Shown here piece after piece: positions 6,876 to 16,124 of a stretch of DNA of 29,977 bases. The stretch lies in NCBI GenBank assembly GCA_031425655.1, contig JANPJS010000130.1, forward strand, positions 1 through 29,977, written 5' to 3'. The number at the start of each line of letters is the position of its first letter. The stretch's first letter is position 1. The notes beneath the pieces were generated by a model. That model ran no database searches, was not told the origin of the DNA, and was given only the letters and a program-made list of their open reading frames with translations. Source of the DNA: Abditibacteriaceae bacterium. Its GTDB lineage: Bacteria > Armatimonadota > Abditibacteriia > Abditibacteriales > Abditibacteriaceae. A program made the translations under genes and the position numbers.

Positions 6876-8744
6876 ATGTTAATGCTCCCTAAAGATAATT
6901 CGGTCGCTCCGCCGCCCGATAATCAGGACACGTTATCAAACCCGGTCGTCGCTTCTATCGAGGCCGGCGCGCCCTCTGACGGCGCAGCATCCAGTGAAAA
7001 TGGGGCATCTCCACAAATGGCAGCCGCTCCAGCCACTGCCAACGATGAAACTGCGGATGTTCCCAGCGTCGGCCAGCCCGATGCTACTGCGGACGCGCCT
7101 CAAGATCAGGCGCCTGCCGTTGATGCTTCGCTGGAAATTGACCATCGCCGCGCCAAACAATTGTTGGATCGCTCGCTGTTATTATCGGAGAGAGGCGACT
7201 TCGCGGGGGCAATTTTAGCCGCGCGCCAGGCCGTTGTGCTGACGCCCACTTCTCCGACCGGCCACTCAATGCTCGGTTTGCTGCACGAGCGCGCCGGCGA
7301 TTTGGAAAAAGCCATCGCATCTTACGAAAAAGTTTTGCAATTGGCGCCGCAAAGCACGTTGGAGCGCGATAACGTCGAGCGTTTGAAAGCCACGGTGGTG
7401 CAAGAAAACGCCTCGGTGATGTTCCATTTCAACGACAACGAGTTGTTTGAGGAGCCGGAATCGCTGCCCGCGCCGCCAACGCGTCCTTCGGTCAAAACCG
7501 AGTCTGCCGCGCCCGTTGTGCCGGTCGCGGCACCGGTCTCGCCAAAGATTCCTATCAGCACGGTGCCACAGGTTTCCACGCCCGCAGTTGCGGCAGCGGC
7601 GGCAGCCTCCAAAGCCGCGTCTGCGATGGCATCGCCAACGATAGCCACGCCTCGGCGTGGCGTCTCCGGGCCTCCGGTGATGTCACCTTTGCCGTCCGAT
7701 TACACAGCGGCGCGCCAACCCGTGTTGCAAGCGCTGTCGGCCAGACCTTCGTTTTACTTCAAAGCGGTTCCCCTCGTGGCAACGACCGCTCTGGGAATGC
7801 TCTTCATGTCGTGGGCGCAAGGCGTTTCGCAAAGCAAGCGCATCGTAGAAATGGAGAGAGTTCCACCCCCGACAACGGTCGGAGTGCTTTCGCCAAAACA
7901 GGCGCCGACAACCGAAACCGTCGTTGCCACCCAACCGGTTATCGGAACCAATAACCCGGCCCCCCCGCCGCCGGGCACTGCGACGGGCAACAACATTTTG
8001 GGTCGGGGACAAGGCGCAGTGGGCGCACCGGCGCAAGTTGTTGTCTCGCCGCCCTCTTCGGGAGGCAGAAGCACCTCGCGCGCAACAACCGGCAGCACAG
8101 GCACAGGGACGGCGCCTTTGCCGCCTACTTCGACGGCGCCGCTTATTCCGCAACCGGCGACTTCTTCCGGTTCCGGGACTTCAGGCGAAACGACTCCGCC
8201 TTTTGCGGGCTTGGCGCCGATCAGGCCGCGTAGTGATAGCTCTCCGGCGGTGCGTCCGGCTGCGCCCGTCCAGGTTCCGGCGGCTTCTACGCAGGTGGTT
8301 CCCGCTCCGGCAGCGCCGGTGGCGCCGGGCGATGGCGGCGGAAATTCACGGGGTGGCGGCTTGTTCAATCCCGGCAGCCAGCCGCGCGGTGTGATTCGCG
8401 TAGACCCTGTGCGTCCGATGGGAGCGACGGCATCGCGGCCCGCAAACGTGGTGCGCCGCTCGGAAGCGAGCGCCGCCGCCGCCGCTGCGCAAGGCAACAG
8501 CGGTCGCGTTGTCAGCAGTATGTCCGATGCGATTCAACGCCTTCCGAGCGGCTACGCTTATCAGCGCCGCGCGATGGCGTTTCTCGATCAAGCCGATTAC
8601 AGCCGCGCCGCAGACGATTTTCAATCGGCCATCGGGGCTTACAACGAGCAGATAAATCGCAATCAGGATGTCGAGGAAGCGCGCAATGGGCTGCGCACTT
8701 CCCAGAGCGGCCTGCGCATGGCCATCAATAATATGCGCCGTTAA
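6876..8744 (+). CDS. TPR-containing single-pass membrane protein with Pro/Ala/Thr-rich linkers
   Basis: SD GAGGAG. N-terminal TPRs (GHSMLGLLHERAGDLEKAIASYEKVLQLAP), a central hydrophobic segment (AVPLVATTALGMLFMSWA) and a C-terminal TPR (AYQRRAMAFLDQADYSRAADDFQSAI). Confidence 0.8.
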   Translation: MLMLPKDNSVAPPPDNQDTLSNPVVASIEAGAPSDGAASSENGASPQMAAAPATANDETADVPSVGQPDATADAPQDQAPAVDASLEIDHRRAKQLLDRSLLLSERGDFAGAILAARQAVVLTPTSPTGHSMLGLLHERAGDLEKAIASYEKVLQLAPQSTLERDNVERLKATVVQENASVMFHFNDNELFEEPESLPAPPTRPSVKTESAAPVVPVAAPVSPKIPISTVPQVSTPAVAAAAAASKAASAMASPTIATPRRGVSGPPVMSPLPSDYTAARQPVLQALSARPSFYFKAVPLVATTALGMLFMSWAQGVSQSKRIVEMERVPPPTTVGVLSPKQAPTTETVVATQPVIGTNNPAPPPPGTATGNNILGRGQGAVGAPAQVVVSPPSSGGRSTSRATTGSTGTGTAPLPPTSTAPLIPQPATSSGSGTSGETTPPFAGLAPIRPRSDSSPAVRPAAPVQVPAASTQVVPAPAAPVAPGDGGGNSRGGGLFNPGSQPRGVIRVDPVRPMGATASRPANVVRRSEASAAAAAAQGNSGRVVSSMSDAIQRLPSGYAYQRRAMAFLDQADYSRAADDFQSAIGAYNEQINRNQDVEEARNGLRTSQSGLRMAINNMRR

Positions 8745-8800
8745 CTCAGCGCGTGGCTAAACTGAACTTTCTTATGGTTGATGTAGAATACGGAAATTCG

Positions 8801-10933
8801 ATGTTGCGAAAACAGGCGATAAAGGCACTCCGAGGTCGCGGTTCGCATCGTGCGGGCATCGGAAGCGCCGCTTTGGTGCTTTTGTCAATGCAATGCTTGG
8901 GCGGCGCCGCGAGGTGCGCCGACGCACCTCCGACACCGGTTCCGGCGCCTGTTGTGGCGCCGTCTCCTGTTGTGGTGCCGGCTGCCCCGACGCCGTTGGC
9001 CGGGCTGAGTTTTCTCATCGTGGCGCTGGATGACAGTGATCTGGCACGCGCGATGGCCAAAATCGCCGCGCCGCCGCTTTCGCCCACCGCGCCGGCCAAT
9101 ACGCCGCCCATTTCCAATACCGCGCCGGCTGAATTGCCGCCGAATAATAATGTTCCGGCACGAGTCGCGCCGATCCAGCCGGCTTCGGAGCGATTTCCTC
9201 AGACCAAGTGGACTCTGCACAGCCTCGCGCTGCAAACCGCGCGATTCGCCAAAGCTAAGGAGCCGCCGCTGACTTTATCGCCGGAGCCGCGCCAGGACGT
9301 AATAATCGTCGCGCCGCCCACTGCGGTGCCGAATAACACGTCCGGCGATTCGGGTTTTGGCGCGTTGGTTCCGGTGCGCGCCAATCGCGCGCTGTCGCTT
9401 TCGGCGCCGCTGCGCCGCGCTTTAGCCAAGTCCGGCAGCCCCGACGCGCTCGACACCAGCTTTGAAGGCGCGCCGATTGTTCGCGCGCTGAACAGCCGCC
9501 GCCTTTCGCCGCGCACGTTAGATCATCTGGTTGAGGCGGTCGCGCAGATTTTGCAAGCCGGGAAAGTCGGCGCCGACGATCCCAATCTCAAAACGGCGGC
9601 CCAGACGGCGGCTCGCATCGGCCAAACGCTGGGTTATCGCGGCGTTATTGCCGTCGCGGTGCAGCCAAACGGTGCGGCTCCGGCGGGAGCGCTGGCCAAA
9701 CCCACGGTTTCGGCAACCTTCGCTTTGTTGGTGGTGGATGCTCTGCGCGAAATCGCCGAGCCGATAGTTTTCGATGAAACCGCCGTAGACGAAACCGCGC
9801 TCAACGAAGCCGCCGCTGCGACAGGCCGCGTTCTCATCGAAAAAGCTGCTCAGGGATGGCCGCCTTTCAGCAACGATGACAAACGGCGCCTTTCGGCGGC
9901 GTATCTCGGCAAAGCCAGAGAAGCCATGGCGCGCAACGAAGAAGAGAACGCTTTGGATTTGCTGAACCAATCGGTTTCGTTGGACGGCAATCAGCTTGAA
10001 GCTTTTCTGATGTTGGGCGACCTGATTTCTGCGCGCGATGCATCGGGCGCGGCCAGCGAATATCGCCGCGCCGCCGAAATGAATCCGCGCGACGGCAAAA
10101 TTTGGGCGAAAGTCGCAGTGGCTTACACCAAAGGCACCACGCCCGATTGGCCGCGCACTCTGGAAACCGCCAAAAAGGCTCTGGGACTGGGTTACGAATC
10201 GGCGGAATTGCGCTTGGCGATGGCAATCGCGCAATGGGGCCGCGCGGAGATTTTCAAGCGCCACGAGCGCCTCGATTTGGCGCGCGAAGCCGAATCTGAA
10301 GCGCGCACACATCTTGACCGGGCGCTTTTCATCGTGCCGCAGGACGATTCGGCAGTGTCGGTGGGCATCGCTTCGCAATTAGTCGCGCAGGGTCGCTACC
10401 GCGAATCGGTGAAGCTGCTCGACAGCATGGGAAAGCTTTATCCCGACGATGTAAACGTGCAAACCTTGCACGCGCAGGCGTTGACAGGCATGGGGAATCA
10501 GGAAGAAGAAGCGTTTGTCGCGTGGGCGAGAGTCTGGAAATTGTCGCGTTTGGCGCAAATTACCGTTGATGTCGCGCGCTACGCTTCGCTGATGGAAGGC
10601 TTTGATAAGCGCATCTCCAGTCTGGGCAAGGAAGCGGCGAAGCTCACCGGCGGCGTCAAGGGCGGCGGCATGGGACGCGAGCAGGCGCTTTTGCAAATGA
10701 CGCGCTTAAACGAGGACATGACGCTCACGCAAAACGCCATCAAAATGATCGCGCCGCCGACGCCGGCCACGCGCGTGGCGTTTACCTCGCGCACTTTTGC
10801 CGCCGACCTGATGTCGCAAGCGATGGGATTTCACAGTCAGTTCCTCGAAACCGACGATGACACTTTTTATACTCGCGCCTTGGATTTACACCGCCAAGCC
10901 ATCGTCACGCTCAACGCCGTTCGCGCTCGCTAA
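8801..10933 (+). CDS. Exported TPR-repeat protein
   Basis: Signal-like N-terminus from ATG 8801 (GTG 8753 is an alternative start). TPRs such as AFLMLGDLISARDASGAASEYRRAAEMNPRDGKIWAKVA. Confidence 0.75.
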   Translation: MLRKQAIKALRGRGSHRAGIGSAALVLLSMQCLGGAARCADAPPTPVPAPVVAPSPVVVPAAPTPLAGLSFLIVALDDSDLARAMAKIAAPPLSPTAPANTPPISNTAPAELPPNNNVPARVAPIQPASERFPQTKWTLHSLALQTARFAKAKEPPLTLSPEPRQDVIIVAPPTAVPNNTSGDSGFGALVPVRANRALSLSAPLRRALAKSGSPDALDTSFEGAPIVRALNSRRLSPRTLDHLVEAVAQILQAGKVGADDPNLKTAAQTAARIGQTLGYRGVIAVAVQPNGAAPAGALAKPTVSATFALLVVDALREIAEPIVFDETAVDETALNEAAAATGRVLIEKAAQGWPPFSNDDKRRLSAAYLGKAREAMARNEEENALDLLNQSVSLDGNQLEAFLMLGDLISARDASGAASEYRRAAEMNPRDGKIWAKVAVAYTKGTTPDWPRTLETAKKALGLGYESAELRLAMAIAQWGRAEIFKRHERLDLAREAESEARTHLDRALFIVPQDDSAVSVGIASQLVAQGRYRESVKLLDSMGKLYPDDVNVQTLHAQALTGMGNQEEEAFVAWARVWKLSRLAQITVDVARYASLMEGFDKRISSLGKEAAKLTGGVKGGGMGREQALLQMTRLNEDMTLTQNAIKMIAPPTPATRVAFTSRTFAADLMSQAMGFHSQFLETDDDTFYTRALDLHRQAIVTLNAVRAR

Positions 10934-10935
10934 TC

Positions 10936-11160
10936 ATGCAATTTCCTGCCGTTGCAAAAATTCTGATGGCGTTGGGCGCGACGATTTTCCTTGTTGGCGT
11001 GCTTGTTTTCATCGGTTCGCGCCTCGGACTGGGCCGTTTGCCCGGCGATGTGTCGCTGCAGCGCGGCAACTGGTCGTTTCATCTGCCGATTGTCACTTCG
11101 ATTGTGTTGTCCATCGTGCTGACCATTGTCATCAATGTGCTGATGCGTTTTTTCCGATAG
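10936..11160 (+). CDS. DUF2905 family small membrane protein
   Basis: Signature LGRLPGDV...FHLPIVTSIVLSIVLT between two hydrophobic helices. Confidence 0.9.
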   Translation: MQFPAVAKILMALGATIFLVGVLVFIGSRLGLGRLPGDVSLQRGNWSFHLPIVTSIVLSIVLTIVINVLMRFFR

Positions 11161-11205
11161 CACGATTCAGCGCGCTGGCTTTTCCTGTGTTTCGCTTCCC
11201 CACGA

Positions 11206-12093
11206 ATGTTCTCCTTTCTCGGCGCTTTTCCCATCATTGAGTTGTTTTTTCGAGCGGACGCGCGCATTTTGTTGGCGTTAAACCACTTTGTGGCCGCGAA
11301 TCCCGCACTTTATTCGCTGGCTTTATTTCTCACCGACCGAGGCTCCGAAATTTTAGTGCTGGGCACGCTTTTGTTGCTCTGGTTCGGGCCGCGCGACGAG
11401 CAGGATTTACAGCGCACACTTTTCGGAAACGCCGATCTCAGCCGCAAACAGACCGCGAAAACCTCACTGGGTCAGCGGCTGCGACATTCGCTGCGCGAAG
11501 ACGAATATCAACCGATCATCGCGCGTGTGCAAAGCCGCGCGCAGGTGTTGCTGTGGGGCATCGGCGCTTTGGTGGCATACGTCGTGGCACGTTTGCTGGC
11601 TTCGCTCTTCGCCGTCAGCCGCCCGTTCGCTTCGTATTGGACGATAGAAGCGCCGCAAAGCATGGCCGGAGCCTTTGAAAGTCTGCGCGCTTCGGGAGCG
11701 TTTCCCAGCGGCCACGCCGCCTTGGTAGCCGCGTTTGCCTGCGCGCTGTTTTTCTGGAATCGGCGTTTAGGTTTAATATGGACGGGGTTGGCCATCGTCT
11801 TATCGGTTTGCCGCATTGCCATTGGCTTTCATTATCCGATGGATGTGTTGGGCGGCGCCCTTCTCGGCCTGCTTTGCGTCTGGCCTCTGCTGAGAATGTA
11901 TCGCCGCGAAGGCGCCTTGTTTCGCAACGCCAATGACTTGGCGCGGGCGTTCGATTTAGCGAACTCGCCTTACTGTTATTTGCTTTATTTCCTGCTGGTT
12001 TTGGCCGGATTTGAAGCCGCCAGCCATTTTAATCACGTTTTGCAGGTCTTCTTTTCGCTCGGCGGCGGATTTTTCCACGCGCCGCGCTTTTAA
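11206..12093 (+). CDS. PAP2-family membrane phosphatase (undecaprenyl-pyrophosphate phosphatase-like)
   Basis: SRPF, FPSGH and CRIAIGFHYPMD motifs; multiple TM helices. Confidence 0.88.
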   Translation: MFSFLGAFPIIELFFRADARILLALNHFVAANPALYSLALFLTDRGSEILVLGTLLLLWFGPRDEQDLQRTLFGNADLSRKQTAKTSLGQRLRHSLREDEYQPIIARVQSRAQVLLWGIGALVAYVVARLLASLFAVSRPFASYWTIEAPQSMAGAFESLRASGAFPSGHAALVAAFACALFFWNRRLGLIWTGLAIVLSVCRIAIGFHYPMDVLGGALLGLLCVWPLLRMYRREGALFRNANDLARAFDLANSPYCYLLYFLLVLAGFEAASHFNHVLQVFFSLGGGFFHAPRF

Positions 12094-12096
12094 TTC

Positions 12097-12984
12097 ATGA
12101 GAACTCCGACGAACGCTTCTTCCTCGCGTCCTTTGCCGGCCAGCCTGCCGTCTTTTGGCGCGCAAGGCTTTCGTGCGCGCGGACTGCGCCATGCATTGAT
12201 TGTCGCTCTGGTTCTCGTGGCCGCGCTGCTGTTTGGGTGGATTTCCAGACCGCGCATTGCGCCGCGTCCGATTAAAGATTTGGCGAAGAACGGCGTGCAT
12301 GGTGTTTATAATTTGCACGCCAAGAACGGCGAATTGCTGCTTTATAATTTTCGCGCGATAGAAAAAGGCAAACTTTACCGCGCCAGCGAATTTCCGCGCA
12401 ATCATCGCTCAAGGCCCGGCGGGCCGTTAGAACCGGCAGCGTTTCTTCATAGCGAGGCATTCGATTTCCTGCGCGCAAGGCGCATTCGCACGATTGTCGC
12501 ACTGGTTGGGCCGGAAGAGTTTGGCGCCGAAAAATGGCATCTCGACAACTATGCGCGAGAAACTGGCTACAAGATTCGCCTCGTTAGCCTGACGACTTCG
12601 CCGCAAATGGCTTACGTTCGCCAATCGCGCGACGGGCGGCGCTTTGGATTGCGCGCTGCCGTTGAATTCATAGAATTTATGAAAAAGCAGGCGCCCGCTG
12701 ATGGTGCGGTTTTGCTGCACGGCACCGGTGGCAAAGACGCTGTCGGCGTCGTAGCCGCCGCTTACGAATTGTGGCGCAACGCCGGCCACGCCCCGCGCGA
12801 CACGCTCTGGCGTCAGGTTTTGGAGCGCTATCTTGTCTCCGACGTGCTCATAAAACGCGACAAAGAAGCCGCCAAATTCGCCGGAAAACCGTATCGCTGC
12901 GAAAACGCCAAACCTGCCTACGTTTGCCCTGAATTTCTCGAAACCCTGCGCCCCGATTTAGAACGCATCGCGCAAATTGAGTGA
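12097..12984 (+). CDS. Membrane-anchored protein-tyrosine/dual-specificity phosphatase-like protein with degenerate P-loop
   Basis: NFRAIEKGKLYRAS, IRTIVAL and AVLLHGTGGKDAVG match the PTP/DSP fold pattern. N-terminal TM helix. Confidence 0.75.
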   Translation: MRTPTNASSSRPLPASLPSFGAQGFRARGLRHALIVALVLVAALLFGWISRPRIAPRPIKDLAKNGVHGVYNLHAKNGELLLYNFRAIEKGKLYRASEFPRNHRSRPGGPLEPAAFLHSEAFDFLRARRIRTIVALVGPEEFGAEKWHLDNYARETGYKIRLVSLTTSPQMAYVRQSRDGRRFGLRAAVEFIEFMKKQAPADGAVLLHGTGGKDAVGVVAAAYELWRNAGHAPRDTLWRQVLERYLVSDVLIKRDKEAAKFAGKPYRCENAKPAYVCPEFLETLRPDLERIAQIE

Positions 12985-13065
12985 CGAGTGACGAGTGACG
13001 AGTGTTGAATAACGGTCTTCTGCCGCGCATTTCACTCGTCACTCGTCACTCGTCACTCGTCACTC
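12979..13065. repeat. Inverted heptamer array (GAGTGAC)n ... (GTCACTC)n
   Basis: Three full copies plus a partial one, a spacer, then four-plus complementary copies. Confidence 0.95.
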
Positions 13066-13070
13066 ACGAA

Positions 13071-14177
13071 ATGTTGGTTTCCGAACTCGATTTCGATTTG
13101 CCGCCTGAATTAATCGCGCAAACGCCCGCCGAACCGCGCGATTCTTCGCGTTTGATGCGCCTGAGCCGCGTGGCAGGCCAAATCGCGCACCATCGTTTTC
13201 ACGAATTGCCCGCTTTGCTGCGTGCCGGCGATTTGTTGGTTTTCAACGATACCAAAGTGCTGCGAGCGCGTTTGCGCGGCCATAAAACCACGGGCGGTGC
13301 CGTCGAAGCCTTGCTGCTGCGCGAAATCGAAACCAATCTGTGGGAAGCTTTGCTCAAACCTTCGGCGCGTTTGAAAGTCGGAAGCGAAATTGAATTTGCG
13401 TCATCCGACGGCGATATTCGCGTCAAAGCTACGCCCGAAGCGCGCACCGAAGATGGCTGGCGCGTGCGTTTTTTGCACGAAGGCGATGTGCGCGATTTGC
13501 TGCCGAGTTTAGGCGAAGTGCCGCTGCCGCCTTACATCAAGCAGGCGGCGGACGAAGCGCGCTACCAAACTATTTACGCGCGCCGCGCCGGACGCGCGAT
13601 TCTCGACCCGCAAATTGCCCTCGATTCCGCCGCCGCGCCGACCGCCGGTTTGCATTTCACGCCGCGCTTACTGGAACAACTGGGCGAAGCCGGCATCGGC
13701 AGCGCGTTCGTGACTTTAGGCATCGGAGTGGGCACGTTTCGCCCGATTCAAAGCGATACGCTCGAAAGCCACGCCATGCACTCTGAGGAATACGAAATCT
13801 CCACAGAAGCAGCGCAAGCTGTCGCCGCGCAGCGCGCACGCGGCGGGCGCGTGATCGCGGTCGGAACCACCGCAGCGCGCGTTTTAGAATCGGCCAGCGA
13901 TGAAAACGGGTTGCTACAGCCATCGGCGCGCGGCACGCGAATTTTCATCACGCCGGGCTATCGTTTTCAGTGCGTGGACGCTTTAATCACCAATTTTCAC
14001 TTGCCGCGCTCGACGCTGCTGGCGATGGTCGCGGCGCTGTGCGGCAACGCGCCGCGCGATTCGCAAGAGCTGCCCGACGGTTTGGCCGGGCTGGAAAAAG
14101 TTCGCTATGCTTACAGGCAAGCCGTCGCCGAGCGTTACCGATTTTTCTCGTTCGGCGATGCCATGTTCATTGAATAA
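13071..14177 (+). CDS. queA: S-adenosylmethionine:tRNA ribosyltransferase-isomerase
   Basis: DFDLPPELIAQTP, VFNDTKV, PLPPYI, YQTIYA, AAPTAGLHFT, GVGTFRP, VGTT, TNFHLPRSTLL and YRFFSFGDAM. Confidence 0.97.
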   Translation: MLVSELDFDLPPELIAQTPAEPRDSSRLMRLSRVAGQIAHHRFHELPALLRAGDLLVFNDTKVLRARLRGHKTTGGAVEALLLREIETNLWEALLKPSARLKVGSEIEFASSDGDIRVKATPEARTEDGWRVRFLHEGDVRDLLPSLGEVPLPPYIKQAADEARYQTIYARRAGRAILDPQIALDSAAAPTAGLHFTPRLLEQLGEAGIGSAFVTLGIGVGTFRPIQSDTLESHAMHSEEYEISTEAAQAVAAQRARGGRVIAVGTTAARVLESASDENGLLQPSARGTRIFITPGYRFQCVDALITNFHLPRSTLLAMVAALCGNAPRDSQELPDGLAGLEKVRYAYRQAVAERYRFFSFGDAMFIE

Positions 14178-14190
14178 TTCGCATTTTGTC

Positions 14191-14460
14191 ATGCCTGAAG
14201 TCCAATTATCTGACGAAACTCCTCTTAAACAACGCCGGCGCGGCACGCAGGAAACGCGGCGCCAACTCATCGCGCGTTTGGAAAACCCTGAAATATCGTT
14301 GCAGGAAGCCGCGATTTTGATCGGCGCTTGCCGCGCGACGGTGAGAACTTATTGCGATCAGGGATTGCTGCGCCACACGCGCACCGCAGGCGGCCAGCGC
14401 CGCTTTCATTATTTAGACATCAAAGATTTCATCCGCAAAAAACCGCACAAAAAGAAATAG
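14191..14460 (+). CDS. Small MerR/excisionase-like (HTH_17, BldC-like) DNA-binding protein
   Basis: ISLQEAAILIG..RATVRTYCDQGLL...RTAGGQRRF with a basic tail; ATG at 14191. Confidence 0.8.
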   Translation: MPEVQLSDETPLKQRRRGTQETRRQLIARLENPEISLQEAAILIGACRATVRTYCDQGLLRHTRTAGGQRRFHYLDIKDFIRKKPHKKK

Positions 14461-14529
14461 TTTTGAGTTTTGAGTTTTGAATTATGAGTTAACGACTCAA
14501 AACTCAAAACTCATAATTCAAAACTCAAA
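14461..14529. repeat. Inverted heptamer array (TTTTGAG)n ... (CTCAAAA)n
   Basis: Four plus five copies with TTATGAG/CTCATAA variants; fills the whole intergenic gap. Confidence 0.95.
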
Positions 14530-14532
14530 GCA

Positions 14533-15321
14533 ATGGCTCCTCAAGAATATGCGCGAATGCACGCGCTGGAAACCGAATACTGGTGGTTTGCCGGGCGCCG
14601 TGCGATTATCGAAGGATTATTGCGCCAAGTGCCGGCGCGCGGCGCTGCGGGCGATTTGCGGCTGCTTGACATCGGATGCGGAACGGGCGCCAATCTGCCG
14701 ATGCTGAAAAGCGTTGTGGGAGAAGACGGGCACGTCGTAGCGATGGATTTTTCGCGTTTGGCGCTCGATTTCGCGCTTACGCATCCCGAATCGCAGGGCG
14801 TGTCGCTGTTGCAGGGCGATGCGCTGCATTTACCTTTTTGCGACGACGCTTTCGATATGCTGACCATGTTGGACGTGCTCGAACATCTCAGCGACGACCG
14901 CCGCGCGCTCAGCGAAGTGCGCCGCGTTTTGCGGCCCGGCGGCGCTTTAGTTTTTAGCGTGCCGGCGTATCAGCATTTGTGGAGCGCGCACGACGAGGCG
15001 CTTCATCACTTTCGCCGCTACGAGTTCCGCGATTTGCGCGAGTTATTGCGTGAAAGCGGTTTCGAGGTCTACCGATTATCCTTTGCTATGAGCTTGATGC
15101 CGCCCGCCGCGTGGCTGTGGCGCAAAGTGATTTTGCCGTTTCAACCCAAACGCCCCAAAGACGCCAAACGCCATTCCGAAGGCGCCGTGTTGCCGCAGTT
15201 GCCGCGCCTCGGCAATCAACTTCTTATTCAATATCTGCGGCTCGAAGCGCGCCTCATTCGCCGCCATCGCCTCAATTTCGGCACCTCGCTCGTCGGCATC
15301 GCGGTTAAACGTGAAAAGTGA
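14533..15321 (+). CDS. Class I SAM-dependent methyltransferase
   Basis: LLDIGCGTG, GDALHLPF, LDVLEH, RVLRPGG and VPAY..LWSAHDE...HFRRY. Confidence 0.93.
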   Translation: MAPQEYARMHALETEYWWFAGRRAIIEGLLRQVPARGAAGDLRLLDIGCGTGANLPMLKSVVGEDGHVVAMDFSRLALDFALTHPESQGVSLLQGDALHLPFCDDAFDMLTMLDVLEHLSDDRRALSEVRRVLRPGGALVFSVPAYQHLWSAHDEALHHFRRYEFRDLRELLRESGFEVYRLSFAMSLMPPAAWLWRKVILPFQPKRPKDAKRHSEGAVLPQLPRLGNQLLIQYLRLEARLIRRHRLNFGTSLVGIAVKREK

Positions 15322-15449
15322 TAGGAAATTTAAAGTTTGGAGGTCACATTGACGGATGAACTGGCCGGTGGTGGAGTTTGAACCATCGGGGAAAATTGCT
15401 CCAACGGTGATTTATGGAACACATCTAAACGGTTAGTAACAAACGGAGA

Positions 15450-15824
15450 ATGACACGCATGAAGACGAATAAAAACCGCAGAATTGCATTAGTTGTTATC
15501 ATACTTTTATTGCCCACTTTAACACTGTTGGCGTATCGACATCTCCATATCCATATTGTGCGGCACACATCTTCGGACTTTAGCGGGGCATTCCGAGTAA
15601 CAGGTTCTACTCGAAAAATGGTGCCAGCTATTGTTTTGAAGGTAGTATTGTCCTCTGATACTCCCCTAGATCGAGATAACCTGCTAAAAATTGGGCACAA
15701 TATCATGAAGACCAACAATAGTGGCTCATACACCTATATCGAATTTTATACAGGGTCTTATAAGGGAGGATCTTGGGTTGCAAGTTATATGGGTGGGGAG
15801 ATGGTGGACTACCTCGCACAATGA
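15450..15824 (+). CDS. AT-rich hypothetical membrane-anchored protein, candidate orphan immunity protein
   Basis: 124-aa ORF, visibly lower GC than its flanks, with an N-terminal hydrophobic helix; directly upstream of an RHS-core remnant. Confidence 0.55.
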   Translation: MTRMKTNKNRRIALVVIILLLPTLTLLAYRHLHIHIVRHTSSDFSGAFRVTGSTRKMVPAIVLKVVLSSDTPLDRDNLLKIGHNIMKTNNSGSYTYIEFYTGSYKGGSWVASYMGGEMVDYLAQ

Positions 15825-15830
15825 GGTATA

Positions 15831-16091
15831 TTGCGCTACCTGTTGCAAAACGCGCCTTACAGTGGCCTGCCGATGCAGCGCAAGGCCAGCGGCGCTATTG
15901 ACGCCAGCTTCCTCACCCGCGCCTTTGGCGAGTTCGTCAGCCAGAGCGGGAAGGAATCGCTGTTTCGCTGCGCCGGGATGTCTGGCTACGAGTGGGACGA
16001 GAACTCAAGAATGTGGGTCAAGGCGCGGCATCTTGATGGCAGAACAGGACAATGGATGACTCCGGTTTTAGAATCGTGTTGGAGCCACTGA
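15831..16091 (+). pseudogene. RHS repeat-associated core domain remnant
   Basis: AFGEFVSQSG..SLFRCAGMSGYEWDENSRMWVKARHLDGRTGQWMT parallels the RHS core consensus (AFG...PFRY.G..GY..D...L.Y..ARYYDP..GRW.S.DP). It ends before the DP..G motif. Confidence 0.7.
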
Positions 16092-16124
16092 AGTCTTCTA
16101 CGCCAAGCAAGTAAATGCCGTGAA

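Noticed and set aside
5123..10378. Long antisense ORFs (5123..5998, 7754..8497, 9518..10378 and similar)
   Set aside because: These are shadow frames of GC-rich genes on the opposite strand, with no recognisable motifs.
13002..13070. N-terminal extension of QueA in the ORF track
   Set aside because: It is translated heptamer repeat (LVTRHSSLVTH). QueA homology begins at ATG 13071.
14191..16124. Prophage or integrative element suggested by the Xis-like HTH gene and the AT-rich patch
   Set aside because: No integrase, structural genes, tRNA or att repeats are present. The AT-rich patch is better explained as an RHS relic.
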